From a phage: a stretch of 47,750 bases of DNA. The position numbers and the translations under genes were made by a program. Each line of letters opens with the position of its first letter. The first letter of the stretch is position 1. Positions 27,029 through 35,355 of the stretch are shown piece by piece. The DNA lies in sequence record PZ379542.1. One strand, given 5' to 3'. A model generated the notes under the pieces. That model worked only from the letters and a program-made list of their open reading frames with translations, was not told where the DNA came from and did not search any database.

Positions 27029-27128
27029 TAGGTATCCTAGTAGACTACCATACCACTTTCGGTACGGCGAGGAGGAGGTTGAGGCGGCTATGGAGTTTTA
27101 TCGGAAAGCTAAGTCACTCCTGAATGGA

Positions 27129-27174
27129 AATAGCACTTTTTGCCTAACGATATGACGCCAAGGATGGCATAATT
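27129..27174 (+). promoter_or_regulatory. palindrome-containing promoter cassette
   Basis: aatagcactttttgcctaa; gccaaggatggcataatt; cctcatcgaaacgagagg leader. Confidence 0.6.
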
Positions 27175-27210
27175 ACCTCATCGAAACGAGAGGCACAAAG
27201 GAAAACGAAA

Positions 27211-27399
27211 ATGGCTAAGCGCATCACTAAAGAACTTAAAGTCCTGAATAAAGAAAACGTAATCACCATCCTGACAATGTTCGGATACAACGAAGAGTCA
27301 GCGATTGCAAAGGTTGAGGCTGGTTACGATGTTGCAGTACGTAGTATGCCGGAAGCAACCTCAAAAGGTATCGCCGACTTCCTTGCTACCTGCTACTGA
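27211..27399 (+). CDS. hypothetical protein
   Basis: ORF with AAGGAAAA RBS. Confidence 0.5.
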   Translation: MAKRITKELKVLNKENVITILTMFGYNEESAIAKVEAGYDVAVRSMPEATSKGIADFLATCY

Positions 27400-27454
27400 G
27401 TTATCTTACAAGGCATCTCGCGGGGTGCCTCAATAAGACAACTGGAGAAACAGC

Positions 27455-27640
27455 ATGAAAACTAAAATGGTACATAAGAGCGAAGTTAAGATTGGCGATA
27501 CTGTTATCCATCGTGGCTATCTTAGAACTGTAAATGCCAACACTTTTAGTAAGGATGAGTTTATGGGACTACTTCTTTGGGGCGACTCCTACCGGCTTGG
27601 GCAGGAGATGGTTGAAGTCATAATTGATGTTAAGTTTTGA
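27455..27640 (+). CDS. hypothetical protein
   Basis: ORF with GGAGAAA RBS. Confidence 0.5.
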   Translation: MKTKMVHKSEVKIGDTVIHRGYLRTVNANTFSKDEFMGLLLWGDSYRLGQEMVEVIIDVKF

Positions 27641-27685
27641 ATAGCACAAATTGTTAAACCTTCCGCAAGGCCATTTGATATAGTG
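27640..27685 (+). promoter_or_regulatory. palindrome-containing promoter cassette (variant TTGTTAAA)
   Basis: aatagcacaaattgttaaa; tatagt at -10 position. Confidence 0.5.
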
Positions 27686-27732
27686 GCCTTATTAAAGCAA
27701 AGCAAGAGAGGGTGGGATGGATAGGAACAAAT

Positions 27733-27947
27733 ATGAAAGAGAGATTACTGGGCTTAATGGCTAGCGGGCTGTTGTTGATGTGTATCGCACGCTATCAGCG
27801 TTCAACGTTACAGACCCAGCATGTAAGCATGCAATCAAAAAGCTGCTCTGCATGGGTTTACGAGGTCACAAGGATGTTATCACAGACCTTGATGACGCAA
27901 TAGACTCACTGAACAAGATGAAAACTTACCTGGAACAAACGAAATGA
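27733..27947 (+). CDS. hypothetical protein with apparent frameshift near 27760-27790
   Basis: ATG 27733 with AGGAA RBS opens frame 1 (MKERLLGLMASG...); protein-like frame 0 (..VYRTLSAFNVTDPACKHAIKKLL..) ends TGA 27945-27947 overlapping the next start but has no ATG of its own. Confidence 0.4.
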
Positions 27948-28177
27948 TTACAATTAACCTGTCAGAGAAAGATGCAGCAATCCTTAAATCAATCATCATG
28001 AAGCAAATGCATTCAACGCTGACCTTTGAGCAGATGCGTGTCGTAAAAGAGACTGGAGCACAAATCAACAACCAGCAATTCGACGTATCAGACTTCGAGT
28101 CATCTCGCCAGTACGAAGCTCTAAGCATCAAGAATGCTGGCTACCTCACTAACTGGGATAAGGCGACAAAGAAATGA
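27944..28177 (+). CDS. hypothetical protein
   Basis: ATGA start/stop overlap with upstream frame. Confidence 0.55.
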   Translation: MITINLSEKDAAILKSIIMKQMHSTLTFEQMRVVKETGAQINNQQFDVSDFESSRQYEALSIKNAGYLTNWDKATKK

Positions 28178-28353
28178 TTTATAAAAAAGGAGATGAGATT
28201 TACAGCAAGCACACATTGAACAGATTCATCATTGAATACACTGATGGAAATTGCGTCATCCTGAAAAGTATTGATGGCAAGTATGATGAAACTAGATGCT
28301 ACTACATGCATGACATTAAAGAGAGCTTTAGACATGTCATGGTGAAGAAATGA
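28174..28353 (+). CDS. hypothetical small protein (59 aa)
   Basis: ATGA overlaps at both ends. Confidence 0.45.
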   Translation: MIYKKGDEIYSKHTLNRFIIEYTDGNCVILKSIDGKYDETRCYYMHDIKESFRHVMVKK

Positions 28354-28493
28354 TTTACGTTCACACGTACTATACAGGTAAGTTTAACAGCGTTAAGCAC
28401 GTGCGAGTTTATGAATCCTACAAGGAAGCAAAAGCTCAGATGGATGTTCTTGGTGGTGCCGTGCATCGATGCGAAGTAGTTGAAGAATTATAA
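28350..28493 (+). CDS. hypothetical small protein (47 aa)
   Basis: ATGA overlap start; stop TAA abuts cassette. Confidence 0.4.
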   Translation: MIYVHTYYTGKFNSVKHVRVYESYKEAKAQMDVLGGAVHRCEVVEEL

Positions 28494-28538
28494 ATAGCAC
28501 GAATTGCTAAACATGAATTGGGATAGGTTGTTATACTT
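28493..28538 (+). promoter_or_regulatory. palindrome-containing promoter cassette
   Basis: aatagcacgaattgctaaa; ttgttatact extended -10; tcccatcaaaacga leader. Confidence 0.6.
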
Positions 28539-28568
28539 ATCCCATCAAAACGAGATGAGGAATTGACG

Positions 28569-28748
28569 ATGCGTTTTAGACAATCAGCCGCCAAGCTCCA
28601 GGCTAACAACTTCGATGGTTACACAACATTTATCATCGCCCAGGCTTTCGGTTTGCATGATGAACCTAAGGTTCATACTATCCACTTAAATGAAGAGCAA
28701 GCTCGAGAACTGGCTTTCGAGATTCTTGATCAATTGAATAAAATTTAA
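28569..28748 (+). CDS. hypothetical protein
   Basis: ATG 28569 with AGGAA RBS (track start 28563 is TTG). Confidence 0.5.
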   Translation: MRFRQSAAKLQANNFDGYTTFIIAQAFGLHDEPKVHTIHLNEEQARELAFEILDQLNKI

Positions 28749-28758
28749 GGTTTATAAA

Positions 28759-29181
28759 ATGAAATTAAGCAAATCTCAAAGGGAAGAGTTGAAGGGCAAG
28801 TTCGGTGGTCGCTGCGCTTATTGTGGGTGTGAACTACCTGAGAAAGGCTGGCATGCTGACCATGTTGAACCGGTGCTACGTAAATCTGAGGTATGCATGA
28901 AGGCAGCGGAGAAAGGAACTTTCAAGCTGAAGGCGACAGGTGAGTTTAATCGACCACAAGCTGATCGAATGGAAAACCTTTACCCTGCATGTGCTCCATG
29001 CAACCTCATGAAAACTTGCTATTCCCTTGAAATGTTCAGGGAACAGGTGTCTCTTCAAGTAGCTCGCGGGCGTAAGAGCAGCATGAATTTTCGCACGGCA
29101 GAGCGGTTCGGCCTCATCTCCATAGTGGAGGATCCAGTTGTTTTCTGGTTTGAGAAGTTTGAGCAAATTAACAAAATCTGA
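28759..29181 (+). CDS. HNH endonuclease
   Basis: CAYCG...HADHVEP...NLYPACAPCN HNH zinc-finger motifs. Confidence 0.8.
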   Translation: MKLSKSQREELKGKFGGRCAYCGCELPEKGWHADHVEPVLRKSEVCMKAAEKGTFKLKATGEFNRPQADRMENLYPACAPCNLMKTCYSLEMFREQVSLQVARGRKSSMNFRTAERFGLISIVEDPVVFWFEKFEQINKI

Positions 29182-29191
29182 GGATAGAGAA

Positions 29192-29326
29192 ATGCATACT
29201 GGGTTAATGATGGGTGAATTTCTGGTTGAAGCATTGCCATGGTTACTCTGGTCATTGGGCTTCATGATTATTTACATGATTTCAGCAGCCGTAGATGACG
29301 CTAAAAGCGATTCTAACGAACTATAA
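29192..29326 (+). CDS. hypothetical small membrane protein (44 aa)
   Basis: AGGATAGAGAA RBS; hydrophobic LPWLLWSLGFMIIYMI. Confidence 0.4.
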   Translation: MHTGLMMGEFLVEALPWLLWSLGFMIIYMISAAVDDAKSDSNEL

Positions 29327-29344
29327 TTTAAGTGAGGTGATTGC

Positions 29345-29506
29345 ATGATTAAGATCGTATATATTGGTGAGGATGATTATATGGCGCGCTTAAAGCATGG
29401 CGACGTATTCTATGCAGAGCCTAGCGAAGATGGCAATGGGTACTTCATTAAAAACAAGCACGATGAGGAGCTTTACATAGCAAACCACGAGGCTCTTGTT
29501 TACTAA
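29345..29506 (+). CDS. hypothetical small protein (53 aa)
   Basis: GTGAGGTGA RBS; TAATG overlap onto next ORF. Confidence 0.45.
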   Translation: MIKIVYIGEDDYMARLKHGDVFYAEPSEDGNGYFIKNKHDEELYIANHEALVY

Positions 29507-29640
29507 TGGATAACTACGAAACACCAAGCCAGTGGGCCCGCAGAATGCAGGATGAGGCAAAGACTGGCGAAGAGGCAATGAACTATTACGAGTTGGCTAA
29601 AATTTGGATGGAACGGGAGAGTAAGAAATGTCATTCGTAG
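29506..29640 (+). CDS. hypothetical small protein (44 aa)
   Basis: Coupled ORF. Confidence 0.4.
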   Translation: MDNYETPSQWARRMQDEAKTGEEAMNYYELAKIWMERESKKCHS

Positions 29641-29780
29641 ATTGGGTGATTGCATGTGAGCGCATCGCATTTGAAATGAAAACGTTCAAATGGTTCATCA
29701 TCAAGGATTGCATAAAGCCATACAAGCAAGGCGTTACTCCAGATCAGTTTGTTAAGTCATTCTATAAACAGCACGAATAG
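29628..29780 (+). CDS. hypothetical small protein (50 aa)
   Basis: Overlapping ORF; stop TAG lies in cassette variant. Confidence 0.4.
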   Translation: MSFVDWVIACERIAFEMKTFKWFIIKDCIKPYKQGVTPDQFVKSFYKQHE

Positions 29781-29812
29781 CTAAACACCAAAGGCATGGA
29801 TGCCATATAATT
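29767..29812 (+). promoter_or_regulatory. palindrome-containing promoter cassette (variant)
   Basis: cagcacgaatagctaaa; gccatataat (perfect TATAAT). Confidence 0.55.
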
Positions 29813-29840
29813 TATATATCAAACAGCGAGAGGTTAGAAA

Positions 29841-30077
29841 ATGTTCGGGTTAGACGACGCATACTTTAACGCAGTTAAGCGACAGGCTGACAAGCTGAAT
29901 GACGAATACGGCAAATTGGGCGCAAAAAAGAAAGATGATAAGGTTGTTGCGGCGCTTATCACTCAGATATGGGGGCCGGTATCCACGATAATCGCACGTG
30001 ATAAGTTTGTGTGGATAGCGGGCTATCGTCGAGGGCGTGTGGGTCATGATGAGAATGGGAATAGCCTTTATGAGTGA
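29841..30077 (+). CDS. hypothetical protein
   Basis: ORF with GAGAGG RBS. Confidence 0.5.
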   Translation: MFGLDDAYFNAVKRQADKLNDEYGKLGAKKKDDKVVAALITQIWGPVSTIIARDKFVWIAGYRRGRVGHDENGNSLYE

Positions 30078-30171
30078 TATTATCATTGATTTAGTACTAA
30101 CTCTGATCGCCATCGGATTGGCTATGGCTACGGCAATTGGGATGATTTTCTTCATATTTACATTGAATTAG
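30070..30171 (+). CDS. hypothetical small hydrophobic peptide (33 aa)
   Basis: MSDIIIDLVLTLIAIGLAMATAIGMIFFIFTLN; lies between two copies of a ~28-bp direct repeat. Confidence 0.35.
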   Translation: MSDIIIDLVLTLIAIGLAMATAIGMIFFIFTLN

Positions 30172-30179
30172 GTTAGAGA

Positions 30180-30386
30180 ATGGGAATAGCCTTTATGAGT
30201 GATAACGACAATAATCACAAACATCATTACATTTACGTGTTCACATCAATCATTAACGATTTTGACATTAAGGCGATAAGCTATGCATACCACGAGTCAA
30301 CAAAACCAAGTGTATCAATAGGTGAAACATGTGCGTTCTACGAGTGCAAAGATTGTGGCAAGATGCTTATAACTGAGGAGTTTTGA
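30180..30386 (+). CDS. hypothetical protein
   Basis: ORF starting inside second repeat copy. Confidence 0.5.
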   Translation: MGIAFMSDNDNNHKHHYIYVFTSIINDFDIKAISYAYHESTKPSVSIGETCAFYECKDCGKMLITEEF

Positions 30387-30583
30387 TGAATAAAATTATT
30401 AAGAAAGGCGATGCTATCAAGTGCACAAAGGCGGCATCGGATGACTTCATGGATGGATGCGATTACCAGGTCGAAAAGGTATCGAAGACTGGCCACGTAT
30501 TCTGCTACAGCGATAATGGCGAATTGGTGAGCATTGACTACCCGTATGACCAGAATTATGGGAAATTCGAAAGAGTAAGTTGA
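30383..30583 (+). CDS. hypothetical protein
   Basis: ATGA-coupled ORF. Confidence 0.5.
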   Translation: MMNKIIKKGDAIKCTKAASDDFMDGCDYQVEKVSKTGHVFCYSDNGELVSIDYPYDQNYGKFERVS

Positions 30584-30771
30584 CACATCTAACCCTGACT
30601 GGTACATTAACAACTGTAGACAGACGAGGCCACCAAGTGGCAACGGCGCACGGAGCGCAACACAAAGTCCATAGCTCACTAAGCAGCGTATATGGCGAAA
30701 TCGGTCGAGAAACTCGACGCTGGAAGCGTAACCAGCAATCCTTCAATAGCGCAATCGCTACTCAAGGATTT

Positions 30772-30847
30772 GTTCTGCTGGCGTAACAGGATAACGCAAA
30801 GACCTCCTAAGTCTTAGTTACTGGTTCGAGTCCAGTGCGGAACACCA
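30772..30847 (+). tRNA. tRNA-Arg (anticodon CCU)
   Basis: Hand-folded cloverleaf: acceptor gttctgc/gcggaac (one G-U), D-stem gcgt/acgc with GG in loop, anticodon stem aagac/gtctt with loop ctCCTaa, T-arm actgg-ttcgagt-ccagt, discriminator A, encoded CCA. Confidence 0.75.
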
Positions 30848-30878
30848 AATTAAGAAACCAATAATCCTGGGGGATTAA

Positions 30879-31091
30879 ATGAAAAAAGTAACAATCATCG
30901 TAAAAGATATTGAAAGCGGCACTTCCCAAAAATTCAACGCAACACTTGACCGTGAACATAAATGCTTAAAGGGTGTGATTGGCGGGGTTTCAGTTAGCGC
31001 GGATATTAAATGTTATCTCGAGCTTGAAAGAGAAACTCAAAACTATAGCAATCAGAGCGGGAAGATAAAAAATGCAGCTCTGGGATGTTAA
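30879..31091 (+). CDS. hypothetical protein
   Basis: ORF with GGGGGA RBS. Confidence 0.5.
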   Translation: MKKVTIIVKDIESGTSQKFNATLDREHKCLKGVIGGVSVSADIKCYLELERETQNYSNQSGKIKNAALGC

Positions 31092-31260
31092 GCTTTCAAT
31101 CCGATTAATGGGTCGTAGTTGCAAAAGTTGCACTCAAGAATTTATCGCGTCGGTTACTGCTAAGTCCTCAGAGGAAGCAGTAGCGAAAGTTAAGGTAATG
31201 TCTGGTGCCGACCCGGATTACCACAAATTCCTAGTAGCTTACGTTCGTGAGCGAAAGTAA
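31072..31260 (+). CDS. hypothetical protein
   Basis: Overlapping ORF. Confidence 0.45.
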   Translation: MQLWDVKLSIRLMGRSCKSCTQEFIASVTAKSSEEAVAKVKVMSGADPDYHKFLVAYVRERK

Positions 31261-31312
31261 AAGAAGTTCTACTCTCTGTTTGTTTCATATCTCTCGTTGT
31301 TGTTCGATACTT

Positions 31313-31337
31313 CGCCCTCTTCTTGAGGGCTTTTTTT
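31313..31337 (+). terminator. rho-independent terminator
   Basis: gccctc-ttcttg-agggc hairpin + T7. Confidence 0.75.
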
Positions 31338-31348
31338 CGTTTGCTATA

Positions 31349-31357
31349 TGATATAAT
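31349..31357 (+). promoter_or_regulatory. extended -10 promoter (TGaTATAAT) for packaging/head operon
   Basis: tgatataat immediately after terminator, 28 nt before terminase small subunit gene. Confidence 0.5.
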
Positions 31358-31384
31358 GCATCTCTAAACAAAGGAGGTAACAAA

Positions 31385-31909
31385 ATGAAAGACGAAAACT
31401 TCACCAGTCAGGCGCAAGAAAAGGTCCGCTCTGGCAACTTTAAAGCCATGTACAATAAAAAGTACTCAGACATTACAACGCTAGCCAAAAACCGAAGCAT
31501 GACACCCGAACAGCTATTTGAATTCGCCGTGAAATACTTCTCATGGGCTGAGGACCAGGCAATCAAGGCAATCGAGACAGCCAGCTTCCAGGGTGTGGTA
31601 AAAGAGAGCCTGGTGCACAAACCACGAGTCTTCACGCTAACCGGATTCTGCCTTTACTGCGGTGTCACCCATAGCGCTATCGAGAAATGGAGGAAGTCGG
31701 CTGGTTATGATGAGGTGATTGCGTTCATTGATTCCGTGATTCGCGAGCAGAAATACCAGCTTGCAGCATCTGGCATCATTAACCCTGGCATGATTTCCAA
31801 AGAGCTTGGAATCGACAAGCCGCAGGAGATTACCATCAGCAACAACTCTTCAGCTAACGACGTCGATACGATGAAGGAAGCGCTGGAGTCTGTGATTAGC
31901 AAACTGTAA
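31385..31909 (+). CDS. terminase small subunit (candidate)
   Basis: 174-aa ORF with AAAGGAGG RBS directly upstream of terminase large subunit. Confidence 0.55.
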   Translation: MKDENFTSQAQEKVRSGNFKAMYNKKYSDITTLAKNRSMTPEQLFEFAVKYFSWAEDQAIKAIETASFQGVVKESLVHKPRVFTLTGFCLYCGVTHSAIEKWRKSAGYDEVIAFIDSVIREQKYQLAASGIINPGMISKELGIDKPQEITISNNSSANDVDTMKEALESVISKL

Positions 31910-32027
31910 GAACATGGCGGGTTGGTATGATAAAATTGATTAAGGCATTATTGGCGTATTACATGATAGCGGCTACATGCTTCACAACTGGATTCTTAAT
32001 TGGCGTGATGGTTGGATTGGTGAAATT

Positions 32028-33596
32028 ATGGCTAATTTAGTTTGGGAGGAAATGACGACAGCAGAAAAGATGGCGGTTAAGGCGATATCCACTCATAGCT
32101 TCGAGGGATTCTTGCGGGTGTGGTTCCAGCTAACTCAGGGAGAGCGGTACATCCCAAACTGGCATCATAAATACCTTTGCAGAATCATTGACGAGATTAT
32201 CGCAGGTGAGCGCAAGGACACTATCATTAACATAGCACCAGGTAGCGGAAAAACAGAGATAGCCTCAATTCACTTCCCAGCATACTCAATGGTGAAGCTA
32301 AAGAAGGTAAGGAACCTCAACATCTCATTTGCTGACTCACTGGTTAAGCGCAACTCCAAGCGAGTGCGCGACCTGATTAAGTCTGTTGAGTTCCAGGAGT
32401 TATTCCCTTGCAAGTTCGGCACGTGCAAGGACGATGAGTTACAGGTCCTTGATGAGTCTGGAAAGGTCCGGTTTGAATCAATCTCAAAAGCTGCTGGCGG
32501 TCAGATTACCGGCGCAAGGGGTGGGTATATAACAGATTCATATAGTGGCGCAGTACTGTTAGATGATTTTGACAAACCTGCAGATATGCTTTCGGCTGTA
32601 TTCCGTGCCAACAACCATGTGATGCTAAAGAACACCATACGTTCTCGTAGGGCTAGCTCGGTAAAAGGCAAGGCGACGCCGATTATCTCTATCCAACAGC
32701 GCCTTCATGTGAATGATAGTACGTGGTTCATGATGAATGGCGGTATGGGTATTAGCTTCGACTTGATTAAGATACCGGCGCTCGTAACTGAGAATTACGT
32801 CGACACGCTCCCTGACTGGATTAAGCAGCAATTCATTGATGACGTTCTATCAAGCGAATATATTGAGCGTGATGGTGTTAGGTACTATAGCTATTTCCCT
32901 GGCAAGGAATCTGTTCACGACCTAGTTGCAATGTGGGATTCTGATAGCTATACATTCCTTAGCCAGTATCAGCAAGAACCAGTAGCACTTGGCGGCAACC
33001 TGATTAACGTAGACTGGCTTCAACGCATTAGCGACACTCTGCGACCGCCAGCTAAGTACGATTACAGGTTTATGGTCCTTGATACTGCGATGACAACCAA
33101 AAGTTACAGCGACTTTAGCGTCATGCAGCTATGGGGTTATAAGGATGGGAAGATTTATCTGCTTGACCAGCGGCGCGGTAAATTTGAAGCTCCTGAGCTC
33201 GAGGCTGAGTTATTGGATTTCGAGAAGATGGCTAGGGCATCCAATCAGATAGATGGTATCCTTCGTAAAATCATCATCGAGAAGAAAGCCTCTGGTATTG
33301 GCCTGATTCAATCAGCCGGAAGGGTTATGCGAACGCCTATCGAGCCGTACGTTCCTGATAACGATAAGCTGACTCGCGTAATGAGTGCATTGCCGCAGAT
33401 TAAAGCTGGTAACGTAATCCTTCCGGAGTCTGCTACTTGGCTTAATGGCTTGCTAACGGAGATTGCGGCATTCACGGCAGATGATTCACATGTTCACGAT
33501 GACCAGATAGACTGTTTGACAATGGCTGTCAACCTGGTACTGAACATTGCAGAAGACCCTAAATCGAGGATGATGCGCCTCGCTGGCATCAAATAG
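32028..33596 (+). CDS. terminase large subunit
   Basis: Walker A IAPGSGKT; C-terminal nuclease-like region; ATG 32028 (alternative in-frame ATG 31977); stop TAG inside cassette motif. Confidence 0.8.
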   Translation: MANLVWEEMTTAEKMAVKAISTHSFEGFLRVWFQLTQGERYIPNWHHKYLCRIIDEIIAGERKDTIINIAPGSGKTEIASIHFPAYSMVKLKKVRNLNISFADSLVKRNSKRVRDLIKSVEFQELFPCKFGTCKDDELQVLDESGKVRFESISKAAGGQITGARGGYITDSYSGAVLLDDFDKPADMLSAVFRANNHVMLKNTIRSRRASSVKGKATPIISIQQRLHVNDSTWFMMNGGMGISFDLIKIPALVTENYVDTLPDWIKQQFIDDVLSSEYIERDGVRYYSYFPGKESVHDLVAMWDSDSYTFLSQYQQEPVALGGNLINVDWLQRISDTLRPPAKYDYRFMVLDTAMTTKSYSDFSVMQLWGYKDGKIYLLDQRRGKFEAPELEAELLDFEKMARASNQIDGILRKIIIEKKASGIGLIQSAGRVMRTPIEPYVPDNDKLTRVMSALPQIKAGNVILPESATWLNGLLTEIAAFTADDSHVHDDQIDCLTMAVNLVLNIAEDPKSRMMRLAGIK

Positions 33597-33601
33597 CACG
33601 T

Positions 33602-33648
33602 TTTGCTAAAGACGCGCCGCCAAGGATGGCTTATAGTTACTTCACGCA
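33602..33648 (+). promoter_or_regulatory. palindrome-containing promoter cassette
   Basis: aatagcacgttttgctaaa; gccaaggatggcttatagt; ttcacgcaaacgagagg. Confidence 0.6.
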
Positions 33649-33665
33649 AACGAGAGGAGTAAAAA

Positions 33666-34019
33666 ATGAAAGCAGTATTTAAAGGGTATAAAAAAGCTGG
33701 TTATTTTGATTTTACCGTTGGTAAGATTTATGACTTATCAAGAACGCCTGGAAGTAATAATGAATACGTAAAAGTTAAGGATGATAAAGGCTATTTGGGC
33801 GTAATTAATCTTAGTGTTTATGATTTCGAAGTTATAGAGCCTACCGATTTTGTCGTTAAAGGTGATAATTTTAAAGTTGAAAAGGCTGGGATTAAATACT
33901 TCATCAACAAAGACATAGTAACTAAAGAGGCATTTTATGAAGTCAGAAGGGAGGTTCGCCAGTTAACACTTAATGGAGTGAAAACATCATCAATCAAGTT
34001 CGAAGTAAAATTCGAGTAA
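33666..34019 (+). CDS. hypothetical protein (inserted between terminase and portal)
   Basis: 117 aa; own promoter cassette and own terminator. Confidence 0.55.
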   Translation: MKAVFKGYKKAGYFDFTVGKIYDLSRTPGSNNEYVKVKDDKGYLGVINLSVYDFEVIEPTDFVVKGDNFKVEKAGIKYFINKDIVTKEAFYEVRREVRQLTLNGVKTSSIKFEVKFE

Positions 34020-34041
34020 CCATAAAAGCTATGCTAAACTA

Positions 34042-34064
34042 AGCCCCTAAATGGGGCTTTTTAT
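34042..34064 (+). terminator. rho-independent terminator
   Basis: agcccc-taaat-ggggct + T-tract. Confidence 0.7.
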
Positions 34065-34077
34065 TGGAGCAAATAAA

Positions 34078-35355
34078 ATGGTAAAAGCAGATTCATACGC
34101 CACGCAATTTCTTGGTGGCTCCAGTGATGGTAGCGAGATTTACGGGCACTTTGGCAACACGTATCTTACACCTCCTTTCGCTGATTCACTGTACGCATCA
34201 AACTCAATTGTACGCCGCATCGTCGACACCATACCGGAGACAGCAATCGCCGCAGGTTTCCATATCGATGGTATTGATGACGAAGGTGAATTCTGGTCCA
34301 GGTGGGATTACCTGAGGGTTAACGAGTCAATCTCTGACGCATGGTCATGGGCGAGGTTATTTGGCGGCTCTGCAATTGTGGCTATCGTTAAGGACAATCG
34401 TGCGCTAACTAGCCCGGTACGTGAAGGCGCGGAACTTGAATCACTTCGCGTTTATGAGCGTAGCCAGGTAAGAGTTCAGACTAAGGAGGAAAACCCTCGC
34501 AATGTGCGATTCGGTAAGCCATTAACGTACCGCATCACGCCAGAAGGTGGCGCCATGTTTTATGATGTGCACTACTCGCGAGTTCACATTATGGATGGCG
34601 AGAAGATTCCTAGTTCATTGCGTCGCGGTAATGACGGGTGGGGTGCTAGCGTTCTGGTTCCTGACCTGCTTGAATCAATCAAGGATTATCAGACGTGTGA
34701 GAAACTGGCAACTCAGTTATTGCGCCGCAAGCAGCAGGCGGTGTGGAAGGCTAAAGGCCTTGCTGAACTGTGTGACGACGCGGAAGGTTTTGGTGCGGCC
34801 AGGTTGAGGCTTGCCCAGGTTGATGATAACTCTGGCGTTGGTCGCGCGATTGGTATCGACGCTGAAGCTGAAGAGTACAGCGTTCTTAACTCGGATATTG
34901 GTGGGATTGATGGATTCCTCGATAAGAAGTTCGACAGAATTGTTGCTCTGAGCGGTATCCATGAAATCATTCTCAAAGGTCGTAACGTTGGCGGGTTGTC
35001 ATCAAGCCAAAACACAGCGCTAGAGACATTCCATAAGTTGATTGACCGCAAGCGTAACGAAGAGCTACTTCCAGTTCTTGGGTTCTTAATCCCGTTCGTC
35101 ACAACCGAGCAAGAATGGTCAGTTGAGTTTAACCCTCTAGCTCAGGAATCGAAGAAAGACCGCGCTGAAGTACTGAAGAATAACGTTGATTCAATTACTG
35201 CTCTTATCACTAACGGCGTGATGGATGCAGACGAAGCACGAGATACCTTGCGCGCATTAGCCCCTGAGGTTAAGATTGGTGAAGGTTCAATTGAGACAGA
35301 GGTAACAATCAATGAAACCAGTGAAGACCCGCTGGAAGTACCCGCAGACAATTGA
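34078..35355 (+). CDS. portal protein
   Basis: ~425 aa; position after terminase; ATG 34078 with GGAG RBS (track start 34051 lies in the terminator hairpin). Confidence 0.75.
   Translation: MVKADSYATQFLGGSSDGSEIYGHFGNTYLTPPFADSLYASNSIVRRIVDTIPETAIAAGFHIDGIDDEGEFWSRWDYLRVNESISDAWSWARLFGGSAIVAIVKDNRALTSPVREGAELESLRVYERSQVRVQTKEENPRNVRFGKPLTYRITPEGGAMFYDVHYSRVHIMDGEKIPSSLRRGNDGWGASVLVPDLLESIKDYQTCEKLATQLLRRKQQAVWKAKGLAELCDDAEGFGAARLRLAQVDDNSGVGRAIGIDAEAEEYSVLNSDIGGIDGFLDKKFDRIVALSGIHEIILKGRNVGGLSSSQNTALETFHKLIDRKRNEELLPVLGFLIPFVTTEQEWSVEFNPLAQESKKDRAEVLKNNVDSITALITNGVMDADEARDTLRALAPEVKIGEGSIETEVTINETSEDPLEVPADN

Noticed and set aside
30580-30786. Track ORF (68 aa) overlapping the tRNA 5' flank
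   Set aside because: Overlaps the tRNA acceptor stem; no RBS. The region looks like structured non-coding RNA, but I could not fold a second cloverleaf (no 7-nt T-loop).
34051-34077. Upstream ATG 34051 as portal start
   Set aside because: It lies inside the terminator hairpin of the preceding gene; ATG 34078 has a GGAG RBS.
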